DNA of 64,000 nucleotides from a virus, in IMG/VR virus record IMGVR_UViG_3300046558_000178, positions 2,552-66,551 of that record. The stretch is one strand, 5' to 3'. Numbering within the stretch: the stretch's first letter is position 1; every line of letters starts with the position of its first letter. Shown piece after piece: positions 25,424-35,450 of the stretch. A program made the position numbers and the translations under genes. The notes under the pieces were generated by a model, which worked only from the letters and a program-made list of their open reading frames with translations, ran no database searches and was not told the origin of the DNA.

Positions 25424-25843
25424 ATGGATGACAAACTGTTGAATCAGTACTGCCTGGATTGGGTTCATTGGTGCTATACGCGCCGATATTACATAGCTCC
25501 TGGCGGGAAATCAGCGCTCGCGAACATGCAGCCCAGCAGGACCGGGTTGCCACCGAACGCTAGGAACAATCCAGACATGCAGTTCTTTAACATGGCACTA
25601 CACACCTTGGCCGACATGAAGGAGCATCATGACGCCATGGTGTGCTTCAACCTTTACTACGTCGAGCAGGCCGACAACGTGAAACGCCTGGCGGACCAAC
25701 TCGGCATCAGCCGGCCGACATACTACAATCGGGTGAAGTCATTCGCTCGCAAGGCATTCGCATTGTCCCAAAGCCTCAAGAAGGCGCACTTCGCGAACGA
25801 GCCAAGCGCGGCCCCAGATCAGGAGTTGGAGAAGGCTGCTTAG
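25424..25843 (+). CDS. Putative late-gene regulator (Q position, C-terminal HTH)
   Basis: VKRLADQLGISRPTYYNR; last gene before late promoter region. Confidence 0.65.
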   Translation: MDDKLLNQYCLDWVHWCYTRRYYIAPGGKSALANMQPSRTGLPPNARNNPDMQFFNMALHTLADMKEHHDAMVCFNLYYVEQADNVKRLADQLGISRPTYYNRVKSFARKAFALSQSLKKAHFANEPSAAPDQELEKAA

Positions 25844-25969
25844 TGTAAAGTTGAAGTTAGACATAATAGGGCGTGACATGCCTTTACACTTTGCCTCAAA
25901 ATAGCACCTGTTTTAGTAGTCTGAAAAATTGACTCTAACAGTTCGCTACTTACAAGATATGTCTGGGCG

Positions 25970-26002
25970 AAGGGCTCGCAGCTTCTGTTGCGGGCCTTTT
26001 TT
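25970..26002 (+). terminator. Intrinsic terminator in late leader (tR'-like)
   Basis: GGGCTCGCA...TGCGGGCCT hairpin followed by T-run. Confidence 0.65.
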
Positions 26003-26031
26003 CATTTCCGCGCCCGTTCCGCGAGGTCGCC

Positions 26032-26193
26032 ATGGCAGAGATTCAAGGATCGCTCAAGCAGCTGGTCCGCGACTACATGGACCGCCGCGCCGAGAGCGAC
26101 GATCCACCGCCGTCACGCGATGAAATCCGCCGTCAGTTGGGATGGGATTTGCTGCCGGAAAACAAGCGGCCAGACCAGGTCGATAAAGACTAA
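26032..26193 (+). CDS. 53-aa protein with PPP-x-DEIRRQLGW motif (not in ORF track)
   Basis: MAEIQGSLKQLVRDYMDRR...PPPSRDEIRRQLGWDL; GAGG RBS. Confidence 0.7.
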   Translation: MAEIQGSLKQLVRDYMDRRAESDDPPPSRDEIRRQLGWDLLPENKRPDQVDKD

Positions 26194-26208
26194 CCCAGGA
26201 GAATCATC

Positions 26209-26454
26209 ATGAGCACTACCATGCGCGCCAAGCTGGCCATCAACCGCATTGAACAACATACCGCGTCCGAGACGCTGCACTTCAACGCCGTCTGTAAGAG
26301 TAGCGCGTACCCGGCGGACGGCAGTGACGAAGACAACACTTTCGCCAAGTTCTCGCCGTCGGCGACCCTGTCAATCCAGATCACCAACCCAGCCCTGGTC
26401 GGCCAGTTCAAGGTGGGTGAAAAGTACTACGTTGACTTCACCCCGGCCGAATAA
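26209..26454 (+). CDS. Conserved phage hypothetical protein
   Basis: MRAK...EDNTFAKFSPSA...ITNP...YYVDFTPA; AGGAG RBS. Confidence 0.75.
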   Translation: MSTTMRAKLAINRIEQHTASETLHFNAVCKSSAYPADGSDEDNTFAKFSPSATLSIQITNPALVGQFKVGEKYYVDFTPAE

Positions 26455-26676
26455 CCGGTTAGCGGTAAGGCGCGCAATCCCGCGCGCTCATCCGCCAAAC
26501 AGAGTCTCCGCCGCCGCTACCAAGCGCCGGCCTTGCCGCCGCGCCCACGCGCTGCGGCTTTTTTATTTGAGGTGCCCTATGTCGTTGCTCGCAGTGATGC
26601 TGATCCTGTTCAGTGCCGACAAGCCCGCACCGGTACCCAGCGTGCCACGCGCGCCTAAGAGCACCTGGCCATACCC

Positions 26677-26877
26677 ATGCACCCGCACCACTACCGCGAC
26701 CTGATTGTGCGCGCCGTGCGCGCGGCCGACGGCAAGGTGCTGGAACAGCTCGTGGTTCAGCTCAGCGACGCCGCGCGGGCCCGCGAGATCCTGCGCGCCA
26801 AGGGCTATGGCCTGACCGGCATGTCGGCCAGCGCGACGGCGGCGCAGGTGCCGGATGCCAGATATTCAAAGGACTGA
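26677..26877 (+). CDS. Hypothetical protein
   Basis: 66-aa ORF in late operon. Confidence 0.55.
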   Translation: MHPHHYRDLIVRAVRAADGKVLEQLVVQLSDAARAREILRAKGYGLTGMSASATAAQVPDARYSKD

Positions 26878-26879
26878 CC

Positions 26880-27359
26880 ATGCGCAACATCGTGACCTCG
26901 CAACAAATATACCCGGTGTTGCAGGCACTGCTCGGCCTACCTGACCTGTGCACTCGATTCGAGCTGCGCGTCGCACACAACCAAGCCGTCACCGTCGAGT
27001 GCGAGTACTACCCGAGCTTGGACGTCAAGGGCATCGCGCAGCTGACTGCTGTCCTCGGCGAGTATGAACTCGTGCGGCGTGAGACACCAGTTGGTGCTCC
27101 TGCGCAGTCGCTTGATTGGTACGCATGGGCGCATGAGGCAGACCCTTTACTACAGGGCATGCCGTATGACGCATGGGTATGCCACCGCGCCGGAGTCGCA
27201 CATGTAGCGGAAGCTATTGGCTTCGACGCCTGGATGCGCGAGCGCACTGAGGTTGCACACCACGCTTTCATGAAGACGACCGGGCCGAAGCCGGCACCTC
27301 AGCGATTCGCTACTGGCGGCGATATTCCCGGCGGCTACTACCTGGTTGGTGAGAAATGA
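26880..27359 (+). CDS. Hypothetical protein
   Basis: AAGGA RBS; ATGA-coupled to next gene. Confidence 0.6.
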   Translation: MRNIVTSQQIYPVLQALLGLPDLCTRFELRVAHNQAVTVECEYYPSLDVKGIAQLTAVLGEYELVRRETPVGAPAQSLDWYAWAHEADPLLQGMPYDAWVCHRAGVAHVAEAIGFDAWMRERTEVAHHAFMKTTGPKPAPQRFATGGDIPGGYYLVGEK

Positions 27360-27601
27360 ACAGGGTGCAGCACATCACCAACAACGCTGTGCTCGGCGCG
27401 CCGGCCGGATGGGACCAGGGCGAACTGCCGTGCAGTGCGCTGCCGATCACGCGCGTCAGCTACGACGGCATCGCCGTCGTCATGTCGTACTGGAAGCCGA
27501 CCTCCGAAGAACTGGCTGTGCTCAATGATGGTGGATCCGTCGCGCTGTCGGTGATTGGCGTAACGATGCCGCCTGTGATGCTGTCGGTCGATCCGCAATG
27601 A
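27356..27601 (+). CDS. Conserved phage hypothetical protein
   Basis: LGAPAGWD...CSALP...SYWKPTSEEL. Confidence 0.7.
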   Translation: MNRVQHITNNAVLGAPAGWDQGELPCSALPITRVSYDGIAVVMSYWKPTSEELAVLNDGGSVALSVIGVTMPPVMLSVDPQ

Positions 27602-27918
27602 AGCTCACCCGTCTGCAGCCGCGGCTCAAGGCGACGAGCACTTCCCGCCTGACCACGCTCCAGACCCGCCCGGACGTGGTGGAGCGCAAGCGCGGCCGTG
27701 CCGGTGTGGCCGACCGCACGAGCATCAAGCGCCGTGACGAGGGCCTGTGCCAAGAGTGCTTGCGCATCGGTCGCCCTGGTCCCGGCTGGCTGGTGGACCA
27801 CATCGTACCCCTGTGGGAGGGCGGCACCGACGAAGCCGAGAACAAGCAGACGTTGTGCGAGGAGCACCACGACGCCAAGACGAAGCGCGAGGCGGCACGC
27901 CGTCACCGAGGGTATTGA
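27598..27918 (+). CDS. HNH endonuclease (packaging-associated)
   Basis: CQEC...VDHIVPL..GG...NKQTLC..HH..KT; directly upstream of terS. Confidence 0.9.
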   Translation: MKLTRLQPRLKATSTSRLTTLQTRPDVVERKRGRAGVADRTSIKRRDEGLCQECLRIGRPGPGWLVDHIVPLWEGGTDEAENKQTLCEEHHDAKTKREAARRHRGY

Positions 27919-28071
27919 TTGCGAAGATGACGCAGCGGCCCGCCTGACCATCCACAGGGGCAGGCGCAGCGCGAGGAGCACCCGGGGGCGGGTTGCATCT
28001 CTGCAACCTTTTGGGTGGACACCGCAATGTACCGCACGCGCAGAAAATAAGTCACCTGGAGGATTTTGTTA

Positions 28072-28563
28072 ATGGCTTTAACAGGCAAACGCAAGGCCTT
28101 TGCCGATGCCGTTTTCATAGGGAAAACCAATAAAGAGGCGGCAATCGCAGCGGGCTACAGCATTAACAGCGCGGGTCCGGCTGGATCACGTCTGGCGAAG
28201 TACCCAGAAGTCGTTGAGTACTTAGCTGCACGCCGAGCCGCATTACCTGATCGGGAGCAACAACAGTCGGAGCCAGCCGCCCCGGTCGCGCCCGCATCAT
28301 CGGACCCAGATGCACCGTTCAACCTCGCCCTGGCGCTTCAACATGATGACCCGCAGGCATTTCTCAAGGCGGCCATGAACGACATAGCCCTTGATCCACG
28401 CCAGCGCATCGACGCAGCAAAGGCGCTCATGCCATACACGCACCAGAGGTTGGGCGAGGGTGGAAAGAAGGATCAGAAGAACGCAGAGGCAAAAAAGGTT
28501 GCGAGCCGGTTTTCTCCCGCCGCGCCTCCGAAACTGGTGGCCGCTGGCGGTAAGAAGGTCTGA
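28072..28563 (+). CDS. Terminase small subunit
   Basis: AAIAAGYS HTH; RIDAAKALMPYTH; position. Confidence 0.85.
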   Translation: MALTGKRKAFADAVFIGKTNKEAAIAAGYSINSAGPAGSRLAKYPEVVEYLAARRAALPDREQQQSEPAAPVAPASSDPDAPFNLALALQHDDPQAFLKAAMNDIALDPRQRIDAAKALMPYTHQRLGEGGKKDQKNAEAKKVASRFSPAAPPKLVAAGGKKV

Positions 28564-28565
28564 TC

Positions 28566-30278
28566 ATGGAATGGACAACTACCTGCCTCGATTGGGAGCA
28601 CAGACTGATTGAGGGCAGGTCAATTATTCCAGCGCCGATCTTCATTGACCAAGCCGAGCAGGCGCTCGCGATCTTCAAGCAGCTGCGCGTCACCGACCTA
28701 CCAAAGTCAATCGTTGATGCTGAAACGGGCGATCTTCGAAGCCCGAACTTCGGGGAGTGTTCGGAGCAATGGGTCTTCGACTTCGTCGGCGCCATATTCG
28801 GGGCATACGACGCGGAGGCCGGCAAGCAGCTGATCCGGGAGTTCTTCCTGTTGATCAGCAAGAAGAACACGAAATCGACAATAGCCGCAGGAATCATGCT
28901 CACGGCGGTGATCCTGTGCTGGCGCGAGGAAGAGGAGCATCTGATCCTGGCGCCGACAAAGGAAGTTGCCGACAACAGTTTCAAGCCGGCGGCTGGCATG
29001 GTCCGCGCCGACGAAGAGCTCTCCGCCCTATTTCATATTCAAGACCACATTCGAACGATCACGCACCGGGTCTCGCGGGCTTCGCTCAAGGTGGTGGCCG
29101 CCGACACCGACACGGTCTCCGGCAAGAAGTCCGGGAAAGTTCTGGTCGACGAGCATTGGATTTTCGGCAGTCGAGCCAATGCAAGCGGCATGTTCATGGA
29201 AGCGACGGGCGGCCAGGTCTCGCGCGAAGAGGGGTGGGTCATCTACCTGTCCACCCAGAGCGAAGAGCCGCCGGCTGGCGTATTCAAGGAGAAGTTGGAC
29301 TACTACCGTGACGTGCGGGACGGGAAGATCGAGGATCGGAAATCACTCGGGGTGCTGTACGAATACCCCGAGAATATGATCAAGACGAAGGGTTATCTCA
29401 AGCCAGAGAACTTCTACATCACCAACCCAAACATGGGGCGGTCGGTCAGCAAGGAGTGGCTGGAGGATAACCTCAGGAAGAACCAGCCGAAGCAGGACGG
29501 CTCCTTCCGAAAATTTCTGGCGAAGCACCTGAACGTCGAAATTGGCATGAACCTGCGGTCGGACCGATGGGCCGGTGCGGACTTCTGGGAAGACGCGAAG
29601 GCGGGCTTCGTGATCACGCTCGATGAGTTGATCAGGCGTTGCGAAGTAATCGTTTTCGGGATCGATGGCGGCGGACTGGACGATTTGCTCGGGTTGGCGG
29701 CCATAGGCCGCGAACGCGAAACTCGCAGATGGTTGGTCTGGACGCATGCGTGGGCGCACAAGATTGTACTCAAACGGCGCGCAGAGATTGCGCCGCGGCT
29801 GCTGGACTTTCAGGCTGACGGCGACCTTACGATCGTTGACCGGCCGGGTGATGACGTAGCCGAATTGGCTGACATGGTGTGCAGGGTTCGGGATGCTGGA
29901 CTCCTTCCCGAAAAGCACGCAATCGGCGTCGACGCGGCAGGGATTGGCGACATCGTTGACGAGTTGACGTCCGATGAGCGAGGTTTTGAGGCCGGCCCCG
30001 ATGGGCAAATCATCGCAATCGGCCAGGGATGGCGCCTGAACGGGGCGATCAAGACCACAGAACGAAAAATAGCGGGCGGCGAAATGCTGCATGGCGACCA
30101 GCCAATGATGGCTTGGTGCGTTGGGAACGCTCGCGTCGAACAACAGAAGAACGCGATTTCTATCAACAAACAGGTGTCTGGCACCGCAAAGATCGACCCA
30201 TTGATGGGTGTGTTCGACGCAGTGACTTTGATGTCGCTCAATCCTGCCGCGAACGGTAAATCATTCTGGGAATCCTGA
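28566..30278 (+). CDS. Terminase large subunit
   Basis: ISKKNTKST Walker A, LVDE Walker B, GIDGGGLDDL nuclease, KIDP. Confidence 0.95.
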   Translation: MEWTTTCLDWEHRLIEGRSIIPAPIFIDQAEQALAIFKQLRVTDLPKSIVDAETGDLRSPNFGECSEQWVFDFVGAIFGAYDAEAGKQLIREFFLLISKKNTKSTIAAGIMLTAVILCWREEEEHLILAPTKEVADNSFKPAAGMVRADEELSALFHIQDHIRTITHRVSRASLKVVAADTDTVSGKKSGKVLVDEHWIFGSRANASGMFMEATGGQVSREEGWVIYLSTQSEEPPAGVFKEKLDYYRDVRDGKIEDRKSLGVLYEYPENMIKTKGYLKPENFYITNPNMGRSVSKEWLEDNLRKNQPKQDGSFRKFLAKHLNVEIGMNLRSDRWAGADFWEDAKAGFVITLDELIRRCEVIVFGIDGGGLDDLLGLAAIGRERETRRWLVWTHAWAHKIVLKRRAEIAPRLLDFQADGDLTIVDRPGDDVAELADMVCRVRDAGLLPEKHAIGVDAAGIGDIVDELTSDERGFEAGPDGQIIAIGQGWRLNGAIKTTERKIAGGEMLHGDQPMMAWCVGNARVEQQKNAISINKQVSGTAKIDPLMGVFDAVTLMSLNPAANGKSFWES

Positions 30279-30472
30279 TGCAAAAACTTACCGCAGCCAT
30301 CCCTGATGCCCTGATCGTCGTCGGTGGGGTCTCTGTCGCCTTCGGCGCCTGGATCTTGCACCCTGCGGCCGGCTTCATTACAGGCGGCGCGATCGCGATC
30401 ACTTTCGGCATCATGGCGGCCAAGGTCAAGGCGGATGCACGCGCCGCTGCCCGGGCCGGGGTGGCGGAATAA
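30278..30472 (+). CDS. Small membrane protein between terL and portal
   Basis: Two hydrophobic segments; typical position. Confidence 0.7.
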   Translation: MQKLTAAIPDALIVVGGVSVAFGAWILHPAAGFITGGAIAITFGIMAAKVKADARAAARAGVAE

Positions 30473-31704
30473 TGTCGTTCTTCGTAACGAGTGCCACGCG
30501 CCGCAACCAGGCATTTCAAGAGCCCTTCTGGCAGGAAATGGCCGGCTGGCTGTCGTCCGTAACCGGGAAGGCCGTCACGATCCGTACCGCGATCCAGGTC
30601 GCAACCGTATTCGCATGCTGTCGAGTGATTGGCAACGGCATTGCGCAAGTGCCGTTCAAGCTTATGCAGGAAAGCGCGGACGGAAGGAGTCGCGTTCCAG
30701 CCAAGTCACACCCGCTTTACAGGTTGATGACCCTGAAGCCCAATGGCTGGCAGACGAGCTTCGAGTTTCGTCAGATGCTGGCCTGGCACATCGAACTGTG
30801 CGGCAAGGCGTTCGTCTTCAAAAATCGCAGCGTAACCGGCAAGATACTGGAGCTGATTCCATTCGCTCCTGGTGCAGTGTCCATGCGACGCGATACGAAT
30901 CTGAACTTGTTCTATGATGCCGTCGGCCTCGACGGCACTATGCGCACCTTCACGCAAGATCAGATTTGGCATCTGCGCGGCCCGACGCTCGATGGTATCG
31001 AGGGGCTGGAGGTAATCAAGCTAGCGCGGGAAGCGATTGGCCTGGCGATGGCGACCGAGGAAGCGGTAGCCCAGTTGCACAAGAATGGTGTGCGTAATTC
31101 TGGTGTGTACGCCGTGGATGGAACACTCGACAAGGAGCAGCATAAATCGCTCAGCGCCTGGGTCAATCAGCAGTTCGGAGGCTTGCAGAATACTGGTAAG
31201 GCGATGATCCTCGACCGCGGCGCCAAGTTCCTGAATACGTCGATGAGCGGAATTGACGCCCAATCGCATGAAACACGAAAGCTGCAGATCGAGCAAATCT
31301 GCTCCTTCTTCGGCGTCCTTCCGATCAAGGTTGGCTATTCCGACAAAACCGCCACGTTTGCGAGCGCTGAGGAGTTCAACCGAGCTCACCGCGAAGACTG
31401 CCTGGCGCCGCGATGGGAGGCGTTCGAACAGTCGGCGGCGATTAGCCTGCTGACCGACAAGGAGCTGGAGCAGGGGCTTTACTTCAACTTCACCGAAGAA
31501 GGCATGATGCGCGGCTCGGCTAAGGACACGAAAGACGTGCTCCTCGGCTACGTCAACGGTGGCCTCATGTATCCGAACGAGGGGCGCGCACTGCTTGACC
31601 TGAATCCCGACCCGGACCCAGCGAGCGACAAGTTGCGCATCCCTGCAAATATCGTTGGCGACCCCGCCAAGGCGCCAACCGGCGCACCAGCAGCAAACCA
31701 GTAA
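30472..31704 (+). CDS. HK97-family portal protein
   Basis: VFACCRVI, HPLYRL..KPNGWQTSFEF, IWHLR, NEGRALLDL. Confidence 0.95.
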   Translation: MSFFVTSATRRNQAFQEPFWQEMAGWLSSVTGKAVTIRTAIQVATVFACCRVIGNGIAQVPFKLMQESADGRSRVPAKSHPLYRLMTLKPNGWQTSFEFRQMLAWHIELCGKAFVFKNRSVTGKILELIPFAPGAVSMRRDTNLNLFYDAVGLDGTMRTFTQDQIWHLRGPTLDGIEGLEVIKLAREAIGLAMATEEAVAQLHKNGVRNSGVYAVDGTLDKEQHKSLSAWVNQQFGGLQNTGKAMILDRGAKFLNTSMSGIDAQSHETRKLQIEQICSFFGVLPIKVGYSDKTATFASAEEFNRAHREDCLAPRWEAFEQSAAISLLTDKELEQGLYFNFTEEGMMRGSAKDTKDVLLGYVNGGLMYPNEGRALLDLNPDPDPASDKLRIPANIVGDPAKAPTGAPAANQ

Positions 31705-31713
31705 GGACAATCC

Positions 31714-32736
31714 ATGCCGAAACCCACTATGCAGCCGCAGGCCGCAGGCCGAGTCCTGTCCGCTGAAAACGAACGCCTGCTGCGCGAGGCGCGCGACAAC
31801 CTCGACACCGTGCTCTCCAAGCTGGCACTGGAAGACCCCGAGGATGCCGGCTCGATCCGCTACGTGAACCGCATGGCGCTCAAGCCCGGCCGCGTGCGCG
31901 TGAACGCCGACACCGGCAACGGCGAGGCTGAGGTGTTGATCTACGGCGACATCGGCGGCGGCTGGTGGGACGAGGGCATTACTGGCGAATCGATCACCAA
32001 CGAGATCGCGGCACTCGACGCCGACACGATCAACGTGCGCATCAACAGCGGTGGCGGGCTGGTGTTTGAGGGGTTGGCTATCTACCAGGCGTTCGCGCGC
32101 CACTCGGCCAAGATCATCGTCCACATCGACAGTATCGCCGCATCGATCGCCAGCGTGATCGCGATGGCCGGCGACGAAATCCGCATCAGCGAAGGTGCCA
32201 ACTTGATGATCCACAAGCCGTGGTCCGGCGTGTGGGGTGATGCGAACGCGATGCGGAAGGAGGCTGATGTTCTCGATCAGCTCGAAGCGGGTCTCATCAA
32301 CATCTATGCGGCGCGCACCGGCGCGAAGCGTTCCGACCTGGAAGCGTGGGTCAACGCCGAGACCTGGTTCCTCGGCCAGCAGGCGGTCGACGCCGGCTTT
32401 GCCGACTCGATGACCCCAGCGAAAAAGAAGAAGGCCGCCAGCTCGGCCCTGTTCAACCTGTTCAAACATGCTCCGCAGAGCCTACTGGCATCTGTCGACA
32501 CTCCAGAAATCCGCGCATTCGAAACTTTTCTCCGCGACGGAGAGGGTCTTTCGAACGCGCAGGCAAAGCGCATTGCCGCCCAGGCAGCGCGCGGGTTGGA
32601 TCGCGACGATCCAACCACCCCGCAAGTCAAGCCCCTCCGCGATGTTGGCGGCGAGCCTGCGGAAGAAGCAAACCGCGAGCTCGCGAAGCGGCTGGCGGCA
32701 AGCATCACCCAGTTCACCTCCACCATCAAGGAATAA
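31714..32736 (+). CDS. ClpP-type prohead protease
   Basis: INSGGG, AASIASVIAMAGD, MIHKPW, ETW. Confidence 0.92.
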   Translation: MPKPTMQPQAAGRVLSAENERLLREARDNLDTVLSKLALEDPEDAGSIRYVNRMALKPGRVRVNADTGNGEAEVLIYGDIGGGWWDEGITGESITNEIAALDADTINVRINSGGGLVFEGLAIYQAFARHSAKIIVHIDSIAASIASVIAMAGDEIRISEGANLMIHKPWSGVWGDANAMRKEADVLDQLEAGLINIYAARTGAKRSDLEAWVNAETWFLGQQAVDAGFADSMTPAKKKKAASSALFNLFKHAPQSLLASVDTPEIRAFETFLRDGEGLSNAQAKRIAAQAARGLDRDDPTTPQVKPLRDVGGEPAEEANRELAKRLAASITQFTSTIKE

Positions 32737-32739
32737 ATC

Positions 32740-33969
32740 ATGGCTGACAAAGACGCCGTTACTGAAGTAATGGAAGCGTTCAATGAGTTCAAGAAAACGA
32801 ACGACGAGAACCTGAAAAAGCAAAGCGCCGCGCTGGACGAAAAGCTCGACAAGATCAACAAGGTCTTCGATAAGCACGAGCCGATGAACCAACAACTCGT
32901 GATGATCGAGAAGCAGAACCAGGCGATGCAAACCCAACTCGATGCCATCGAGAAGATTGCCAACCGCGCCGGGCTGGGTGGTCAGGCCGACCCGCAAGCC
33001 AAGGCTGCGCAGGAATACCTGGCAGCCTTCGACCGCGTGATGCGCCGCCAGGCCGGTGATCGCGATCCTGCCGACATGCAGATCATCAAGGAGCGCTCGG
33101 CCGCGCTGGTCAAGGGTGACGACGCCAGCACCGGCTATCTGCTGGCTCCACCGGAAATGCAGAAGGAAATCATCAAGAACATCATCGAGATGACCCCGAT
33201 GCGCTCGCTGGCCACTGTGCGCAACATCGGCGTCAGCAGCTGGAAGGCCCCGAAGAAGACCGGCAACGGCGCGGCCTCCCGCATCGGTGAGACCCAAAAA
33301 CGCACCAATACCGGCGACCCGGCCTACGGCATGCTGGAAATCCACGCGCCGGAAATGTTCGCCCGCGTCGAAGTGTCGTTGCAGATGCTCGAGGACTCGG
33401 ACTACGACCTGGCGGCGGAGTTGCGCGAGGACGCATCCGACCAGTTCGCCGTGCGCGAGGGCCAGGAGTATGTGTCTGGCCTGGGTGGTTCGAGCCAAGC
33501 AGCCGGCTTCCTGCTGGACGCTGCCGGCCTGCCGTTCATCGTGAGCGGCGATGCTACCAAGATCACTGCCGATGGCCTGATCGACGCCTACCACGGCCTG
33601 AAAACCGCCTACGCCAAGAACGGCGTGTGGACGATGAATCGCTCGACCCTCGGCGCGATCCGCAAACTGAAGGACTCGACCAACCAGTACCTATGGGTTC
33701 CGGGCATTGCCAACAGCATCGCCAACACCATCGCAGGCGCTTCGTACGCCGAGATGTCGGACATGCCGAACATCGGAGCGAACTCCTACCCAGTCGCCTT
33801 CGCGGACTGGAAAAAGCTGTACGTCATCATCGACCGCGTCGGCATTTCGTTCCAGTCGGACTACATGACCGGCGCCGACGACGGCCTGGTGATCTTCCGC
33901 GCCCGTAAGCGCACCGGCGGCGGCGTGCGACAGACCGAAGCCGGCGTCCGCGTGAAGATTTCGACCTAA
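32740..33969 (+). CDS. HK97-family major capsid protein
   Basis: Coiled-coil delta domain, GYLLAP, MLEDS, LKDSTNQYLW, FRARKRTGG. Confidence 0.95.
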   Translation: MADKDAVTEVMEAFNEFKKTNDENLKKQSAALDEKLDKINKVFDKHEPMNQQLVMIEKQNQAMQTQLDAIEKIANRAGLGGQADPQAKAAQEYLAAFDRVMRRQAGDRDPADMQIIKERSAALVKGDDASTGYLLAPPEMQKEIIKNIIEMTPMRSLATVRNIGVSSWKAPKKTGNGAASRIGETQKRTNTGDPAYGMLEIHAPEMFARVEVSLQMLEDSDYDLAAELREDASDQFAVREGQEYVSGLGGSSQAAGFLLDAAGLPFIVSGDATKITADGLIDAYHGLKTAYAKNGVWTMNRSTLGAIRKLKDSTNQYLWVPGIANSIANTIAGASYAEMSDMPNIGANSYPVAFADWKKLYVIIDRVGISFQSDYMTGADDGLVIFRARKRTGGGVRQTEAGVRVKIST

Positions 33970-34030
33970 GCCATGACGATCCCCGGCTGATGCCGGGGAT
34001 TTCCGCAACCCATTTTGAGGAGCCTTCCCC

Positions 34031-34423
34031 ATGCGTGACCTGAAATCCAACATCAAGCCGATGCAGTCGCTGGTGCCGATCAGCCGCACCGCCGCCGCCA
34101 ACGGAGCCGGCGTTGACGTGTCCGGTTTCAACTCGGCCGTCGTCGTGTTCTCCAGCGGCGCGATCGGCGGCACCGCCGCCCCAACCTTCACCTTCGAGGT
34201 GCAGGAGAGCACTGACAACGTGAGCTTCACCGCCGTTGCGGACGCAGATATCCGCGGTGTCGAGCCCGTGGTGACAGCCGCTAACCAGGTTTCGATGGTC
34301 GGCTACATCGGATACAAGCGGTACATCCGTGCCGTGCTGAAGACGGTTTCCGGCACCACGCCAACCCTGGACTGCAGCGCAACGGTGATCCTCGGTAATC
34401 CGGCCAGCGTGCCAACTGTCTAA
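34031..34423 (+). CDS. Putative capsid decoration protein
   Basis: MRDLKSNI...NGAGVD...GYIGYKRYIR; beta-rich, follows capsid gene. Confidence 0.7.
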   Translation: MRDLKSNIKPMQSLVPISRTAAANGAGVDVSGFNSAVVVFSSGAIGGTAAPTFTFEVQESTDNVSFTAVADADIRGVEPVVTAANQVSMVGYIGYKRYIRAVLKTVSGTTPTLDCSATVILGNPASVPTV

Positions 34424-34465
34424 ATCTTATGCGGGGCGGCCAACCCGTCCCGTCAAGGGTCTCCC

Positions 34466-34825
34466 ATGAAAATTCTTATGTCCCAAACCGAACCAGGATC
34501 GGTTGACGGAATTCGTACTGCGGTCTATGCGGCCGGCGTGAAATATGACCTGAGCGCCACCGACGGCGAGCGTTTACTGGCTGCAGCGTTCGTGGCCGCC
34601 GGGATGGCGGAACACTTTGCGGCCGACGCTGCTCTGTCGGACGTTGGTAACGGCGCTGCGTCGGATGATGGCGACGAAGCTGCGGCGGGTCCGACCGACT
34701 CACCTTCGCAGAGCAGTGACATGAACAAGGCCGAAATGCAGGCCACATTGACTGAGAAGGGTATTGCTTTCCCGGTTGCCGCGAACAAAGCTGCCCTGCA
34801 AGCACTGCTTGACGCCGCCGAATGA
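34466..34825 (+). CDS. Head-associated protein with C-terminal HeH/LEM-like motif
   Basis: MNKAEMQATLTEKGIAFPVAANKAALQALL. Confidence 0.7.
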   Translation: MKILMSQTEPGSVDGIRTAVYAAGVKYDLSATDGERLLAAAFVAAGMAEHFAADAALSDVGNGAASDDGDEAAAGPTDSPSQSSDMNKAEMQATLTEKGIAFPVAANKAALQALLDAAE

Positions 34826-34853
34826 TCAACGTAGTCAAATAGGAGCGGAAAAA

Positions 34854-35447
34854 ATGGCAAAATTTGTACACTCGGACGTGCTGGATGGTGGCCTGAACGC
34901 GATCAAGAACGCGGCCATCCGCGTGCTGCTGGTGAACGGCTACACCGTTGGCGACAGCTACGCGACCGTCGTTGGTAACATGCTGGCCCAGGCCACCATG
35001 GCGTCTGGCGACTACACGCTGGCGTCAAGCGGCAACAACCGCACGCTGACCACGGCTACTAAGAATTCGACCGCCACCGCCGCGCAGGCCGACATCGTGT
35101 CCACGCGCTCGGCCACCGCCGGCTCGACCACTACGCTGACCGATAGCACGCAGGCGTGGACCGTCAACGCCTTCGCCAACAAGGTCGTCACCATCGTGGC
35201 CGGCACCGGCGCCGGGCAGTCGGCCATCATCACCAGCAACACCACCACCGCGCTGACCTTCCCGGCCCTATCCACCGCGCCGGACGCGACCAGTACCTAC
35301 CGTGTCAACAACAACCTGTACCTCGCATATTGCGACAATGTGTCCAAAGTCCTGATGGTGACCGATGAAACCAGCAACATCGCGGTGGGGAGCGGCGACA
35401 CGGTGAACTTCCCGTCAATTGTCTATACGAACGTGCAGCCAACGTAA
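34854..35447 (+). CDS. Putative virion fibre/structural protein
   Basis: MAKFVHSDVLDGGL...GDTVNFPS; Thr/Ala-rich. Confidence 0.75.
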   Translation: MAKFVHSDVLDGGLNAIKNAAIRVLLVNGYTVGDSYATVVGNMLAQATMASGDYTLASSGNNRTLTTATKNSTATAAQADIVSTRSATAGSTTTLTDSTQAWTVNAFANKVVTIVAGTGAGQSAIITSNTTTALTFPALSTAPDATSTYRVNNNLYLAYCDNVSKVLMVTDETSNIAVGSGDTVNFPSIVYTNVQPT

Positions 35448-35450
35448 GTC

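Noticed and set aside
31021-33594. Long antisense ORFs (also 4800-5759, 57566-58645, 61653-63002)
   Set aside because: Shadow frames of GC-rich genes that have clear motifs on the opposite strand.
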